64,000 bases of DNA from Paludibacteraceae bacterium (GCA_905235225.1 CAJOKE010000014.1:4175-68174), one strand, 5' to 3'; shown: positions 55,142 to 64,000, counted from the stretch's first letter. Translations and numbers: made by a program. Notes: generated by a model from the sequence alone, not told the origin.

Positions 55142-55852
55142 ATGAGGAAAAGTATTTACATACTACTTTTATTGCTTTGCGCAAACATGCTGCCTGCGCA
55201 GAATAATCCGTATATAGATGACAAACTCCTGCATTTTGGGTTCTCGCTCGGAATGAACTTCATGAGTTTCGGCGTAACCGACTCCGAAGAACTTATTAAC
55301 GGCGAACTCTACCATGCACGTGTCAGCGGACTTATGCCCGGATTCTCTGTCGGTTTCATAACGGACCTGCGCATGTCGCGGCATTTGAACCTGCGCTTAT
55401 GCCCCGGACTCAGTTTCTCACAGAGAACCCTGACATATAAAACCGAATCCGGCACCCCCGTTCACAGCAAATCCGGCAAACACAAGGATAAAATTGATAT
55501 CCTCAGTATTCCCATTGCTATACCTTTATATATAAAGTGGTCTGCGGAACGCGAAAAGAACTTCCGCCCCTACCTTATCGGCGGCGGTGGCGTGGAATTC
55601 AATGTCTATCGGGATTCGGAAAGACCCGTCATGCTCAAGAGCTTCGATTACTTTGTCGAAGTCGGGGTCGGGTGTGACTTCTACTTTGAATGGTTCAAGT
55701 TCTGCCCGCAGATAACATACAAAATCGGCTTCGCGGACGTGCTTACCCATGTGGACGAAAATATCTATCTTACTCCCGATGAGGCGTTTTATTCTGCGGC
55801 GTTGCGCAAACTCACCTCACGAATGCTATGTATCACGTTTAACTTTGAATAA
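55142..55852 (+). CDS. porT: PorT/SprT-type outer-membrane beta-barrel protein (T9SS-associated)
   Basis: Trimmed to MRKSIYILLLLLCANMLPAQ. LHFGFSLGMNFMSF, PGFSVGFITDLR and YLIGGGGVEF follow the PorT-family pattern. About 236 aa. Confidence 0.6.
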   Translation: MRKSIYILLLLLCANMLPAQNNPYIDDKLLHFGFSLGMNFMSFGVTDSEELINGELYHARVSGLMPGFSVGFITDLRMSRHLNLRLCPGLSFSQRTLTYKTESGTPVHSKSGKHKDKIDILSIPIAIPLYIKWSAEREKNFRPYLIGGGGVEFNVYRDSERPVMLKSFDYFVEVGVGCDFYFEWFKFCPQITYKIGFADVLTHVDENIYLTPDEAFYSAALRKLTSRMLCITFNFE

Positions 55853-57309
55853 TGAGATTCCGCCTACTTGTCATATTGGCACTGATTGTCACGTTATGCG
55901 CTTGCCGGGAAGAACGTATCAGCGATGACCCGTCCCTGCGACTGACCTTCTCTACGGATACGCTTTCATTTGATACGGTCTTTACCTCAATGGGCAGTGC
56001 CACTCTCCGTTTCACCGTCTATAACTATAACGCCAATGCCGTGCTTATCAACAGGATTTGGCAAGACTCCGGCAACGAGTTCAAAACCAATATCGACGGT
56101 GAAAACGACCTCTCACGCGCTATTGACCGCCAACTGAACGGCGGAGATAGTCTCATCGTGTTTGTCAAGGTTTTCATTGACCCTACAAAACAGAATGCCG
56201 CCGTCTTGGTGGAAGACAACCTCCATTTCGCACTCAACGGAAATGTACAAACCGTTCACTTGGAAGCATTCGGACAAGACGTCCGCCTCTTCAAAACGCC
56301 GAAGCGTCTTACAGTGCTCAACGAAATGGAGTTTAACGCCGACAAACCGTATCTTATCTATGACACCTTGGCGGTAAGGAACAAAACCACTTTCAAGGCG
56401 GGGGCTAAATTGTATTTCCACAACGACGCGGTTTTATTAGCCTACGGCGATGTGGAAGCGCAAGGCACTCTGACGGAGCCGGTTATGCTTCGCGGCGACC
56501 GCATTGACAACCTCTATGATTCGGTTTCCTATGCCTATGTGGCAGGAATGTGGGGCGGCTTGTATCTCATGGACGAACAATCCGCTCCGCAAAAGACCTA
56601 TAAACTGGATTACATGGACATCACATCGGCAAATGTCGGTCTCTTCTGTGTTTCTGACAAATCGGCCGGTCTGCCAAAGATGACATTGACCAACAGCCGG
56701 ATCCACAATCACGCCATTTACGGCTTGGTACTGCAGCATATTGATGCAACTGTCGCTAACTGCGAAATCAGCAATGCCGCCGCCTATTGTGTCTATCTTT
56801 CCGGCGGAAAGCAACGGTTTGTCCACTCCACGATCGCCTCGTTCTTCAACTCCACCAACGTGCGTATCCAATCCACTCCAAGGGAAGATGTGGCGGCGGT
56901 CTATATCAATAATGTCAGCAAAAACCAGATTCCCACACACGCTACTTTCATCAACTCTATTGTGACCGGCGTCAGGCGTAATAATCTTCTGCTCGCTACT
57001 CCGCTCCCGCGTTTCTACGAGGACACTTTTGCATGCAATTACCTCAAAGCGGACACCGTCTTCATTCCGGCGGCTATAGGCAATATCTATTGGCAGGAAG
57101 ATGACACCACTGCCCTGTTCCGCAACACCTATTATAAATATAAGGAATATTCCTACTATGATTTCCGCTTGGATTCGCTCTCACCCGCACGCGCTATCGC
57201 GGATTCGGTGACCGCTCTTTCCTACCCCTTTGACCGCTATGGACGCCCGCGTATCCGCTTCCAAGAGGGCGATACCATTTATCCGGACGCCGGATGCTAC
57301 CAGTATTAA
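55852..57309 (+). CDS. Lipoprotein of unknown function (possibly beta-helix fold)
   Basis: Lipobox LIVTLCAC. 485 aa. Start overlaps the porT stop. No catalytic motif recognised. Confidence 0.45.
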   Translation: MRFRLLVILALIVTLCACREERISDDPSLRLTFSTDTLSFDTVFTSMGSATLRFTVYNYNANAVLINRIWQDSGNEFKTNIDGENDLSRAIDRQLNGGDSLIVFVKVFIDPTKQNAAVLVEDNLHFALNGNVQTVHLEAFGQDVRLFKTPKRLTVLNEMEFNADKPYLIYDTLAVRNKTTFKAGAKLYFHNDAVLLAYGDVEAQGTLTEPVMLRGDRIDNLYDSVSYAYVAGMWGGLYLMDEQSAPQKTYKLDYMDITSANVGLFCVSDKSAGLPKMTLTNSRIHNHAIYGLVLQHIDATVANCEISNAAAYCVYLSGGKQRFVHSTIASFFNSTNVRIQSTPREDVAAVYINNVSKNQIPTHATFINSIVTGVRRNNLLLATPLPRFYEDTFACNYLKADTVFIPAAIGNIYWQEDDTTALFRNTYYKYKEYSYYDFRLDSLSPARAIADSVTALSYPFDRYGRPRIRFQEGDTIYPDAGCYQY

Positions 57310-57335
57310 TCGCCGTTTTGCTGCATAATTAGTAT

Positions 57336-57362
57336 AAAAAGTGCGTATATCCGCACTTTTTT
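57336..57362 (+). terminator. Intrinsic terminator after the 55852-57309 gene
   Basis: aaaaaGTGCGtatatcCGCACtttttt. Confidence 0.65.
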
Positions 57363-57386
57363 CTTGTATATGTGAAAAAAAAAACG

Positions 57387-57394
57387 TACCTTTG
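57387..57394 (+). promoter_or_regulatory. -7 promoter box (TACCTTTG) upstream of the lipase remnant
   Basis: aacgTACCTTTGccgcg, 21 nt upstream of the ATG at 57415. Confidence 0.5.
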
Positions 57395-57414
57395 CCGCGA
57401 AAAAATGAAACACC

Positions 57415-58395
57415 ATGAAACAAACAATGTCATACAAGCATCTCTTTTTTCTCCTTCCTCTGCTTGTAATGGGGCTGTTTTCCGCATGCTCGGCCAATAA
57501 TAAAATTCAGCAGGGCGACCAGCGCGGAGATGTACTCAAGGTTCTTGAAATCAAACATCTTTCCCTGCCCGAAATAAAGAAATACACAGGCGATTCGGTT
57601 AAAAGCGAATACCTGCAATTCGGCGTCACGTGCTATAAACTGACCTATAATAGCGTCTATGAAGGCGAACCGATTGCTACTACTGCCTTATTGCTTTTGC
57701 CCGATGACACTACCATCACACGCCGCCTCTGCGTTTATCTCCACGGGACTAATATGCCGATTGACCCTATGACGGCGCAGCAGCAGATGCCTTCCAACTA
57801 TTTCAATAACCGCCAGACCGGCGGAGAGGTCGCTACCTGCGCATTTCCGTTGGCGGCTAACGGCTTCTCAGTAATCATGCCCGACTACATCGGCTATGGG
57901 GAAACGAAAGACAAGGAGCATCCCTTTGTCTATTATCCCGAATTGCATTTCGCCAATATTGATGCCCTGCGCGCGATGTGCAGATACCTCGGACTCACCG
58001 GCAAACAGGATGTCTTTATCGGCGGTTTCAGCCTGGGTGGCGGTGCCGCTCTCAGTCTCCACTATTATATTCAGAACAACTACGCCTCCGAATTTAATGT
58101 CATCAGCAGCTGCTGCCTTTCCGGACCGTATAACTATGCCGGACAGCTTGAGGGCGTGTTGCGTGAAAACGCAACCATTCCCGCAACGCTCATTTCTTGG
58201 TCCGCCTATGTACTCAACCGATTCGATGTACACCGCAACCCCGACCAGATTTTCTCTTTCACCGTCACAGACCAACTCTCGGCTATCACCAACTTCTACG
58301 GCGGCATTTGGGACATCTTCAGACCATATTTCATTCAGGGCGTGCTTAGTGGAGAGGACACCGAATGGATTGCCGCCGGAGAACGGAACTCCTTC
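57415..58395 (+). pseudogene. 5' portion (about 325 codons) of a secreted alpha/beta-hydrolase (lipase-like) gene
   Basis: Lipoprotein-like signal LVMGLFSAC and nucleophile elbow GGFSLGGG. The sequence is protein-like up to ...EDTEWIAAGERNSFHKG. After that the frame continues as compositionally odd read-through (SRWLTSPETPRLIIPHSSCTNAV...). Confidence 0.55.
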
Positions 58396-58397
58396 CA

Positions 58398-58760
58398 CAA
58401 AGGATCGCGGTGGTTAACATCGCCGGAAACTCCGCGGCTAATAATACCGCACTCATCATGTACGAACGCCGTGGATATTTCAACATCAGCTACGACTTCG
58501 CACTTGGAAAAGACAAAAACGTCATTCTTTCACCGCATCTCCTTATGTATCTTGGACAACATACTGTCAGTGCCGACTTCGGGGCTGAAATCAATTTGTG
58601 GAAATATGCACATGCCGGTTATACGTTCCGTATTCAGGAGATGCGGCATATCGTTACTGCCGGAATGGAATACAAAGGCTTTGTCCTTAACCTCGCTTAC
58701 GAAGGTGCCGCACAAACCCGGAAGCAACGAATGCAGGTTTCGCTTGGATACAAATTCTGA
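58398..58760 (+). pseudogene. 3' portion (about 120 codons) of a PorP/SprF-family T9SS membrane protein gene
   Basis: The frame of ORF 58365-58760, from ...RIAVVNIAGNS, reads YFNISYDFALGKDKNVILSPHLLMYLGQHTVSADFGAEINLWKYAHAGYTFRIQE...LNLAYEG...MQVSLGYKF. This is the C-terminal barrel pattern of PorP/SprF. No N-terminal half or signal peptide is present. Confidence 0.45.
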
Positions 58761-58788
58761 ATATTGAACCCTAATAGTACATGAAAAT

Positions 58789-60348
58789 ATGAAAAAATAC
58801 GCCTTCTTTCTCCTTGTTCTCGCATTAACCGCTTGCCAACAGGCAAAGCAACCGATTGTTATATTCTTTGAAAACGATGTCCACTGCGCTATTGATGATT
58901 ACGCCAAGTTCAGCGCGTTGCGCAATCAGGCGAAGCAGCATACCCCTTATGTCGCTGTGGTCAGTGCCGGTGACTTTGCACAGGGTGCCGCTATCGGAAG
59001 CCTCAGTCAGGGTGAATCGATCATAAAGGTCATGAACGCCGTCAAATACGATGCAACTACCGTTGGCAACCATGAGTTTGACTACGGCATTCCCCAGCAG
59101 CAGCACCTCATGCGCGAACTCAATGCCAAGGTACTTTGCTGTAACTTCAGCGACCTCGACGGCAATCTGCTCTACAAGCCCTACAGCCTCCACCGCTTCG
59201 GGCAAGTGACTGTCGCATTCGTGGGAGCAGCTACGCCGACTACCTTCAACAGCTCCACCCCAACCTACTTTGAGGATGGGAAGGGCAACTTCATCTATTC
59301 CTTCCACGCCGATGACTCCTTCGCGCTTATACAGGCGGCAACAAATGACGCGCGGAAACACGGGGCGGACTATGTCATTGTTCTTTCGCACTTGGGCGAT
59401 GATACGGCACTGGACAATAGTGTCGATATGATTAGAACCACTGTCGGCATTGACGCCGTCTTGGACGGACACCAGCACCATATCCTCAACCTCAAGGTGC
59501 CTAACGCCCAAGGCGATTCCGTCATCTTGGCTTCTACCGGCACACAGTTCCAGCGGTTCGGCAAACTCACTATCGACACGGCGGGACTCATTTCCGTCGA
59601 ACTCATTGAGAACACACCCGATATGGAGACTGACCCGAAAGTCGAGCACGTCATCGCACAGATTAAGGCTGATATGCAATCCATGACATCCAAAGTGGTC
59701 GGATACTCCCAAGTCCCGCTCACCATGCTCAAAAACGGCAAACGCGAGGTTAGACGCGGCGAAACCAATCTCACCGATTTTCTCACCGACGCTTTCCGGG
59801 ACGCTACGGGTGCAGACATCGGTGTTATGAACGGGGGCGGAGTGCGAAACCAGTTGCCCGCTGGCGAAATTACGTATGGCGATATCTATTCGGTTATTCC
59901 GTTCAATAACACCATGCGCATGCTCCAATGTACCGGACAGCAACTCTTGGATGCCTTGGAGGTCGGGGTCGCACACGCACCAGATGAGAGCGGGGACTTT
60001 ATTCATGTCAGCGGAATGAGATACACATATACCACTGCTATCCCGTCATCCGTCATGCTTGACCATAACCAGCTCTTTATAGGTATCGGTAAAACGCGCC
60101 GTATCATCTCTGCAGAGATTGAACGCAACGGACAATGGATCCCCGTTGATCCGAATGCCACATACACTATTGGCGGACAGAGCTATATCCTTACCTGCAA
60201 AGGGGCTGCCGGAGCTTTCCAGTACATGAAGGAGATTGATTGCAACCATGTCGGAGATGTCGAAGCCGTTCTTAACTATCTCGACAAATTGGGCACTGTC
60301 TCTGCAGAGCAATACGCCGAACCACAACTCCGCGAACAAGCACTCTAA
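58789..60348 (+). CDS. Bifunctional metallophosphatase / 5'-nucleotidase lipoprotein (UshA-like)
   Basis: Lipobox LVLALTAC. Metallophosphatase motifs DVHC, GDFAQG, GNHEFDYG, SHLG, GHQHH. C-terminal 5'-nucleotidase domain. Confidence 0.85.
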   Translation: MKKYAFFLLVLALTACQQAKQPIVIFFENDVHCAIDDYAKFSALRNQAKQHTPYVAVVSAGDFAQGAAIGSLSQGESIIKVMNAVKYDATTVGNHEFDYGIPQQQHLMRELNAKVLCCNFSDLDGNLLYKPYSLHRFGQVTVAFVGAATPTTFNSSTPTYFEDGKGNFIYSFHADDSFALIQAATNDARKHGADYVIVLSHLGDDTALDNSVDMIRTTVGIDAVLDGHQHHILNLKVPNAQGDSVILASTGTQFQRFGKLTIDTAGLISVELIENTPDMETDPKVEHVIAQIKADMQSMTSKVVGYSQVPLTMLKNGKREVRRGETNLTDFLTDAFRDATGADIGVMNGGGVRNQLPAGEITYGDIYSVIPFNNTMRMLQCTGQQLLDALEVGVAHAPDESGDFIHVSGMRYTYTTAIPSSVMLDHNQLFIGIGKTRRIISAEIERNGQWIPVDPNATYTIGGQSYILTCKGAAGAFQYMKEIDCNHVGDVEAVLNYLDKLGTVSAEQYAEPQLREQAL

Positions 60349-60431
60349 TTACACGCCAAAAAAAATTACCCGAAAAAACCATCTAATTACCCGACATGCC
60401 AAATTCATAACTCGCTGATAATCAGCACCCC

Positions 60432-60508
60432 TTATCGCACTATTATCGCACTATTATTGCAGTATTATTGCAGTATTATTGCAGTATTATTGCAGTATTG
60501 TTGCAATA
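60432..60508 (+). repeat. Seven tandem 11-mers (TTATCGCACTA x2, TTATTGCAGTA x4, TTGTTGCAATA x1)
   Basis: Read directly, with exact 11-bp register over 77 bp. Flanked by the palindrome GCTGATaATCAGC (about 60413-60425) and TCAGCC-N18-GGCTGA (about 60509-60538). Confidence 0.9.
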
Positions 60509-60717
60509 TTCAGCCAACGAATACGGCAGATATGGCTGATTGACAACATGTTACGCTCTCTCTTCCACCCTTGTTAACTATCCCGACCGCCTCGACAAAC
60601 AAATATTAACTCCGCTTTTCTGCTACTCAAACTCTACAAAATTTACTTTTTTTGGCATTTTTTGACCATTTTGCACATTTTTTCGCTAAAAAACTTGCAT
60701 ATGTCAAAAAAAAGCAG

Positions 60718-60725
60718 TACTTTTG
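60718..60725 (+). promoter_or_regulatory. -7 promoter box (TACTTTTG) for the LRR protein gene
   Basis: agcagTACTTTTGcaccg, 76 nt upstream of the ATG at 60801. Confidence 0.5.
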
Positions 60726-60800
60726 CACCGTTTTGATAGTTGACGCTATCCATTACTCTGTTAATTTAGTCTGTTATTTATAAACACAATTATTAAAGGT

Positions 60801-62761
60801 ATGAAAAAGATTTGCTTTGTTTTGACACTTTTTGTCGTATCCCTATCCCTCCTTACTACACCCCTCTACGCAGATGTCGAATCAACACATTAACATTCTG
60901 GTATTCCGGCTCCGGCTCATCGGAAATAAGTAACTACGATAACTACGTATCAGGCAGTGCAGGGCAACGACCTCCAAGTTGGACATTTGTTGAAACAGTG
61001 GTTATTAATGAAGGTGTTACTACCATAGGCACTAACGTTTTTGATCAATGTACTTCATTAAAATATATCTATATCCCAAAATCTGTAACTCTTTGCAAGA
61101 ACAGAGCTTTCAATGGGTGTTCTGTCATGGAAAAGGTCTTTTATGCAGGTACACCTAATGATTGGGCAAATATTGATTTTGAGGTATTAACTTCATACTG
61201 CTATTCTCACCCCTTCTGCGCTAGGTATTCAGGGACACGCAGCTTCTATTTCTACGGACAAACCACAAAAGAAACTAAAAATATCATTTTTACAGCACCT
61301 TTGACCACTATCAAGCAATATGCTTTCTATAAAGCAAATAATATTGAAAATATCCATATTCCCGGCACAGTCACAACAATCGAAACACATGCTTTGGATT
61401 GCTCCGTTAAGAGAGTTTATATTAACAAAAGTGTAGCACCAACAACTGGAGATAACGCCATTACGTGGATATCAGGAACAGATACATATCTTTACTTACG
61501 TTCTGATGCCTCAAATTCTTATAATACTACCCCTTGGTACTACCCCTCTTCAAAAAGTACTACCGGTGCATACTGGTTAGGCTATAGTGATGACCATTCT
61601 TCTATTAAAGAAGAATGCTCGTGGAAATCAACCAGATATGTTGTTGTGACAAGCGGAACTCAGGGTAATATAAACTGGTCTCTCTCCGAAGATGGCACAT
61701 TAACTTTATCTGGAAACGGCACACTTCCAAAAGATTACAACACAACTAATAATTCTTCAGATGTTTTACCTTGGTTTAGATATCGTTATTTGGTGAATAA
61801 GGTTGTTATTAAACCCAGCGATGGTAACATTACAAATCTGACGAATGCACTTGACAAATCCGCTTGGGAAATTGAAGAAATAAATATAGAACAAGCAACT
61901 ATTCCAACAGCAACTTTTAATTTTGTTGTAGGTACTACTGGCACTAATGCTGAAGATTATAGATATTCCACCGATAAAGTTAATCTTTTAGTAAAGGCTA
62001 ATGCAACCACCATTGCTAATGCGAAAACAAAATGGACCGATTCACATATCCAATTAGGTCTCAATGAATCCGTTGTCTTGGATGAAGCCACAGACAACAC
62101 GAGCATCCTTACGGCAATTAAAAACAATATCATCCCCCCATTCACCGCCAACCTCAACCGCTCACTAAAAAGCGTTTCCTTCAACTCCTTCTGCTCCCCT
62201 GTCCCCATGACGGCTGAGCAAGTTCAATCTGTCTTTGGCGCAGGTACAGAGATTTATACCTTGGCAAATTCAAGCTATAACGAGTCCGAAAACACCTTGT
62301 ACATCAACCTTTCCGACAATCAAACATCCATTGAAGCAGGAAAGCCCTATATTATCAAGCCCGCAAGTAACGAACCGACCATTACCATCGACAATGTCAA
62401 TCCCGAAGATATAGCCACAGCCGGTCAAACAATCCTTACGGACGCTATCGATTTCCACGGATTGCTCAATCCCTACATTCTATCCGGCGAAAAGTTCCTT
62501 GTTGTTTCCGCTAATGATGAACTGAACTGGACCACATCCGGCACTATGAAAGGTATGCGTTCATATTTCACGCTCAAATCCGGCATACCCGCACGCGCTT
62601 TGTCCGCCAGAGCAAGTTTCGTATTCCCCAATAATAGCCCCGAGGCGGTCAATAATGTCTCTAACGCACAACAGACCATCCAAAAAGTGATGCGTAACGG
62701 ACAATTAGTCATCATACGCGATGGCGTAACATACAACACCATGGGACAAGTCATTGAGTAA
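60801..62761 (+). pseudogene. BspA-type leucine-rich-repeat surface protein, with signal peptide and body in different frames (-1 shift near 60880)
   Basis: The ATG at 60801 encodes MKKICFVLTLFVVSLSLLTTPLYADVESTH* (stop at 60891-60893). The 649-aa tracked ORF (TTG at 60812, no signal peptide) carries LRR_5-type repeats (INEGVTTIGTNVFDQCTSLKYIYIPKSV..., IKQYAFYKANNIENIHIPGTV) and the C-terminal tag KVMRNGQLVIIRDGVTYNTMGQVIE. Confidence 0.6.
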
Positions 62762-62790
62762 AACAACACAATCCTCTAAAACATACGATT

Positions 62791-62943
62791 ATGAAGAAAC
62801 AATATATTACACCCGGCACACAAACCATCCAACTCAACCCCATGACTGCCTTGCTCAGCAGCACCCCCGGCTTATTCGGTATCATCGTTAACGGAAAACT
62901 GTCCTTTGGCGGCAAAACCATTGACGCTGACCAGTCTTGGTAA
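62791..62943 (+). CDS. 50-aa ORF (not in the ORF track), possible small secreted or precursor peptide
   Basis: Translated by hand: MKKQYITPGTQTIQLNPMTALLSSTPGLFGIIVNGKLSFGGKTIDADQSW. It lies 29 nt after the LRR gene stop and 61 nt before the next gene. The MKK.Y..P start resembles small Bacteroidales ORFs I recall. The evidence is weak. Confidence 0.3.
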   Translation: MKKQYITPGTQTIQLNPMTALLSSTPGLFGIIVNGKLSFGGKTIDADQSW

Positions 62944-63004
62944 AACGGTGCATTTCAAAAAATATCACTAACAATTTATAGTATCAACCTATAAAACATT
63001 CAGT

Positions 63005-64000
63005 ATGAAAAAAATCCTTTCTATTGCTGTACTTTTACTTACAGCACTCACCATTTCCGCTACCGACCGTTATTATAACTGCGGTATAACATCTGTCGAA
63101 TTTGAAGACCAAAGTTATAGCGGAAAACATATCTTCAAATTGACTATCAAACACACAGGCAAAAACAAAGCCGAGTACAGTTCCAGCACAACCTACGATG
63201 CTACCGTTACATTGTTTCTGACTTCTGATGACGGCACGTTGGAAGGAACATATACATCCGAAGGTTTTTCCTCTATCGGCTCCACCTATGATAAAAATTA
63301 CATCAACACCAACAGCACCGAGGTGAAAGTAACCGGATACGATGGACGCCGCCCCCATCCGAACTATGTCTCTACATTCGTCATTAACAAAGAGGGCGAT
63401 AACCTCTACTCCGTCGGCGAATGCGCCCTCTATGTCACCGACGTGCAAAAGAACCCGACTAACTTATGGTGCTACTACTATTCCTTTGATGTAAATGAGA
63501 TTCAGAACCAGAACATCAGCCAAAAACCTTTTGTCTTTGGTTATGACCCCGAATTCCATCAGAAATACAGCCACTATGACATGACCGTAACCAGCGTTGA
63601 CGTGCGCCGAGATGATACAGACTACGACGCCAACCGCTATTTCCTGACCCTCATGTGTACCGGCAAAAACCGCGAAACACAGGCTGTCGGCAACTACGAA
63701 GTCGAATTGGCCATCTATCCGAGTTCCGCATCTATCGTTGGCACATTCGCTACACAGAATTCGAACACACCCATGATTGCAATGAATAGTTATGTTAAAG
63801 AGATTGTTGGCAACAGTTCCACCACCCGCAATCTGGCGAATGATTCCCTCAGTTCCATCCAAATCAAATCCAAAGGAGAAAACCAATACAGTTTCTACGG
63901 CGGCACACTCATCGTTGATGTTCCTGATGCTAATTATAGTGCAGTATATGGCAAAAAACGTATCTTGGAAACCAAGTACTACCACTTCTCCGACAACGGC
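63005..64000 (+). CDS. Secreted protein of unknown function, N-terminal 332 codons (runs off the right edge)
   Basis: The ATG at 63005 was translated by hand to the window end with no stop. Signal peptide MKKILSIAVLLLTALTISA. Codon usage is like the neighbours. The two tracked minus-strand ORFs here are antisense artefacts. Confidence 0.55.
   Translation, partial: MKKILSIAVLLLTALTISATDRYYNCGITSVEFEDQSYSGKHIFKLTIKHTGKNKAEYSSSTTYDATVTLFLTSDDGTLEGTYTSEGFSSIGSTYDKNYINTNSTEVKVTGYDGRRPHPNYVSTFVINKEGDNLYSVGECALYVTDVQKNPTNLWCYYYSFDVNEIQNQNISQKPFVFGYDPEFHQKYSHYDMTVTSVDVRRDDTDYDANRYFLTLMCTGKNRETQAVGNYEVELAIYPSSASIVGTFATQNSNTPMIAMNSYVKEIVGNSSTTRNLANDSLSSIQIKSKGENQYSFYGGTLIVDVPDANYSAVYGKKRILETKYYHFSDNG

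Noticed and set aside
58825-60006. 393-aa ORF on the minus strand (plus 59370-59819)
   Set aside because: It is fully antisense to the well-supported 5'-nucleotidase gene, which has clear metallophosphatase motifs. Its product has no motifs and an odd composition. It looks like a typical shadow ORF.
60432-60508. The tandem arrays here and at 50106, 23319, 37667 and 11310 considered as CRISPR-like arrays
   Set aside because: The units are 11 bp and directly abutting, with no spacers. No cas genes are present. These are not CRISPR arrays.
63035-63985. Two minus-strand ORFs (137 and 173 aa) at the right edge
   Set aside because: The plus strand carries an open frame from the ATG at 63005 to the window end. 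That frame has a signal peptide and normal composition. The minus ORFs are its shadows.

Overview
This window looks like a Bacteroidales chromosome segment, probably Prevotella- or Bacteroides-like. The evidence is 16 copies of the TAnnTTTG -7 promoter box (mostly as GTACCTTTGCG), the type IX secretion genes porU, porV and porT, and many outer-membrane and lipoprotein genes. About 55 protein genes and one tRNA-Arg(TCT) are present. Most genes are housekeeping: dxr, rseP, class I fumarase, dsbD-like, lptD-like, slyD, der, ispF, aroK, sufE, ftsE, prfB, rpoD, trxA, clp ATPase, a GH57/GT4/debranching glycogen cluster, rho, aroQ and a 5'-nucleotidase.

The observations I consider most worth a second look are:
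1. An AT-rich accessory islet at about 11.2-16.5 kb. It carries a CcrM-like adenine methyltransferase with an unassigned C-terminal domain. It also carries a three-gene cassette joined by ATGA overlaps: an untracked 52-codon ORF, a TacT-like GNAT toxin and a winged-helix/nuclease-like protein. A highly symmetric 248-bp spacer, a truncated dam gene and a RhuM-Fic/Doc fusion complete the islet.
2. Short tandem arrays with an exact 11-bp period sit 50-300 bp upstream of five promoters. They include a 62-bp CCTAATA module present twice (61/62 identical). A separate 4 x 27-nt repeat fills the prfB leader.
3. A tightly overlapped operon encodes secreted paralogues, a small lipoprotein and a PepSY-TM protein. 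It converges on a lipoprotein/beta-barrel pair. Three secreted proteins in the window share a roughly 25-aa C-terminal tag, and two of those three genes are frame-disrupted.
4. A lipase fragment is fused to a PorP/SprF fragment, which looks like a deletion scar.

No CRISPR array, rRNA, integrase or transposase was seen. CDS coordinates follow the supplied ORF track, with some starts trimmed by codon arithmetic. Coordinates of repeats, promoters, terminators and the tRNA were read by eye and may be off by 1-2 nt.
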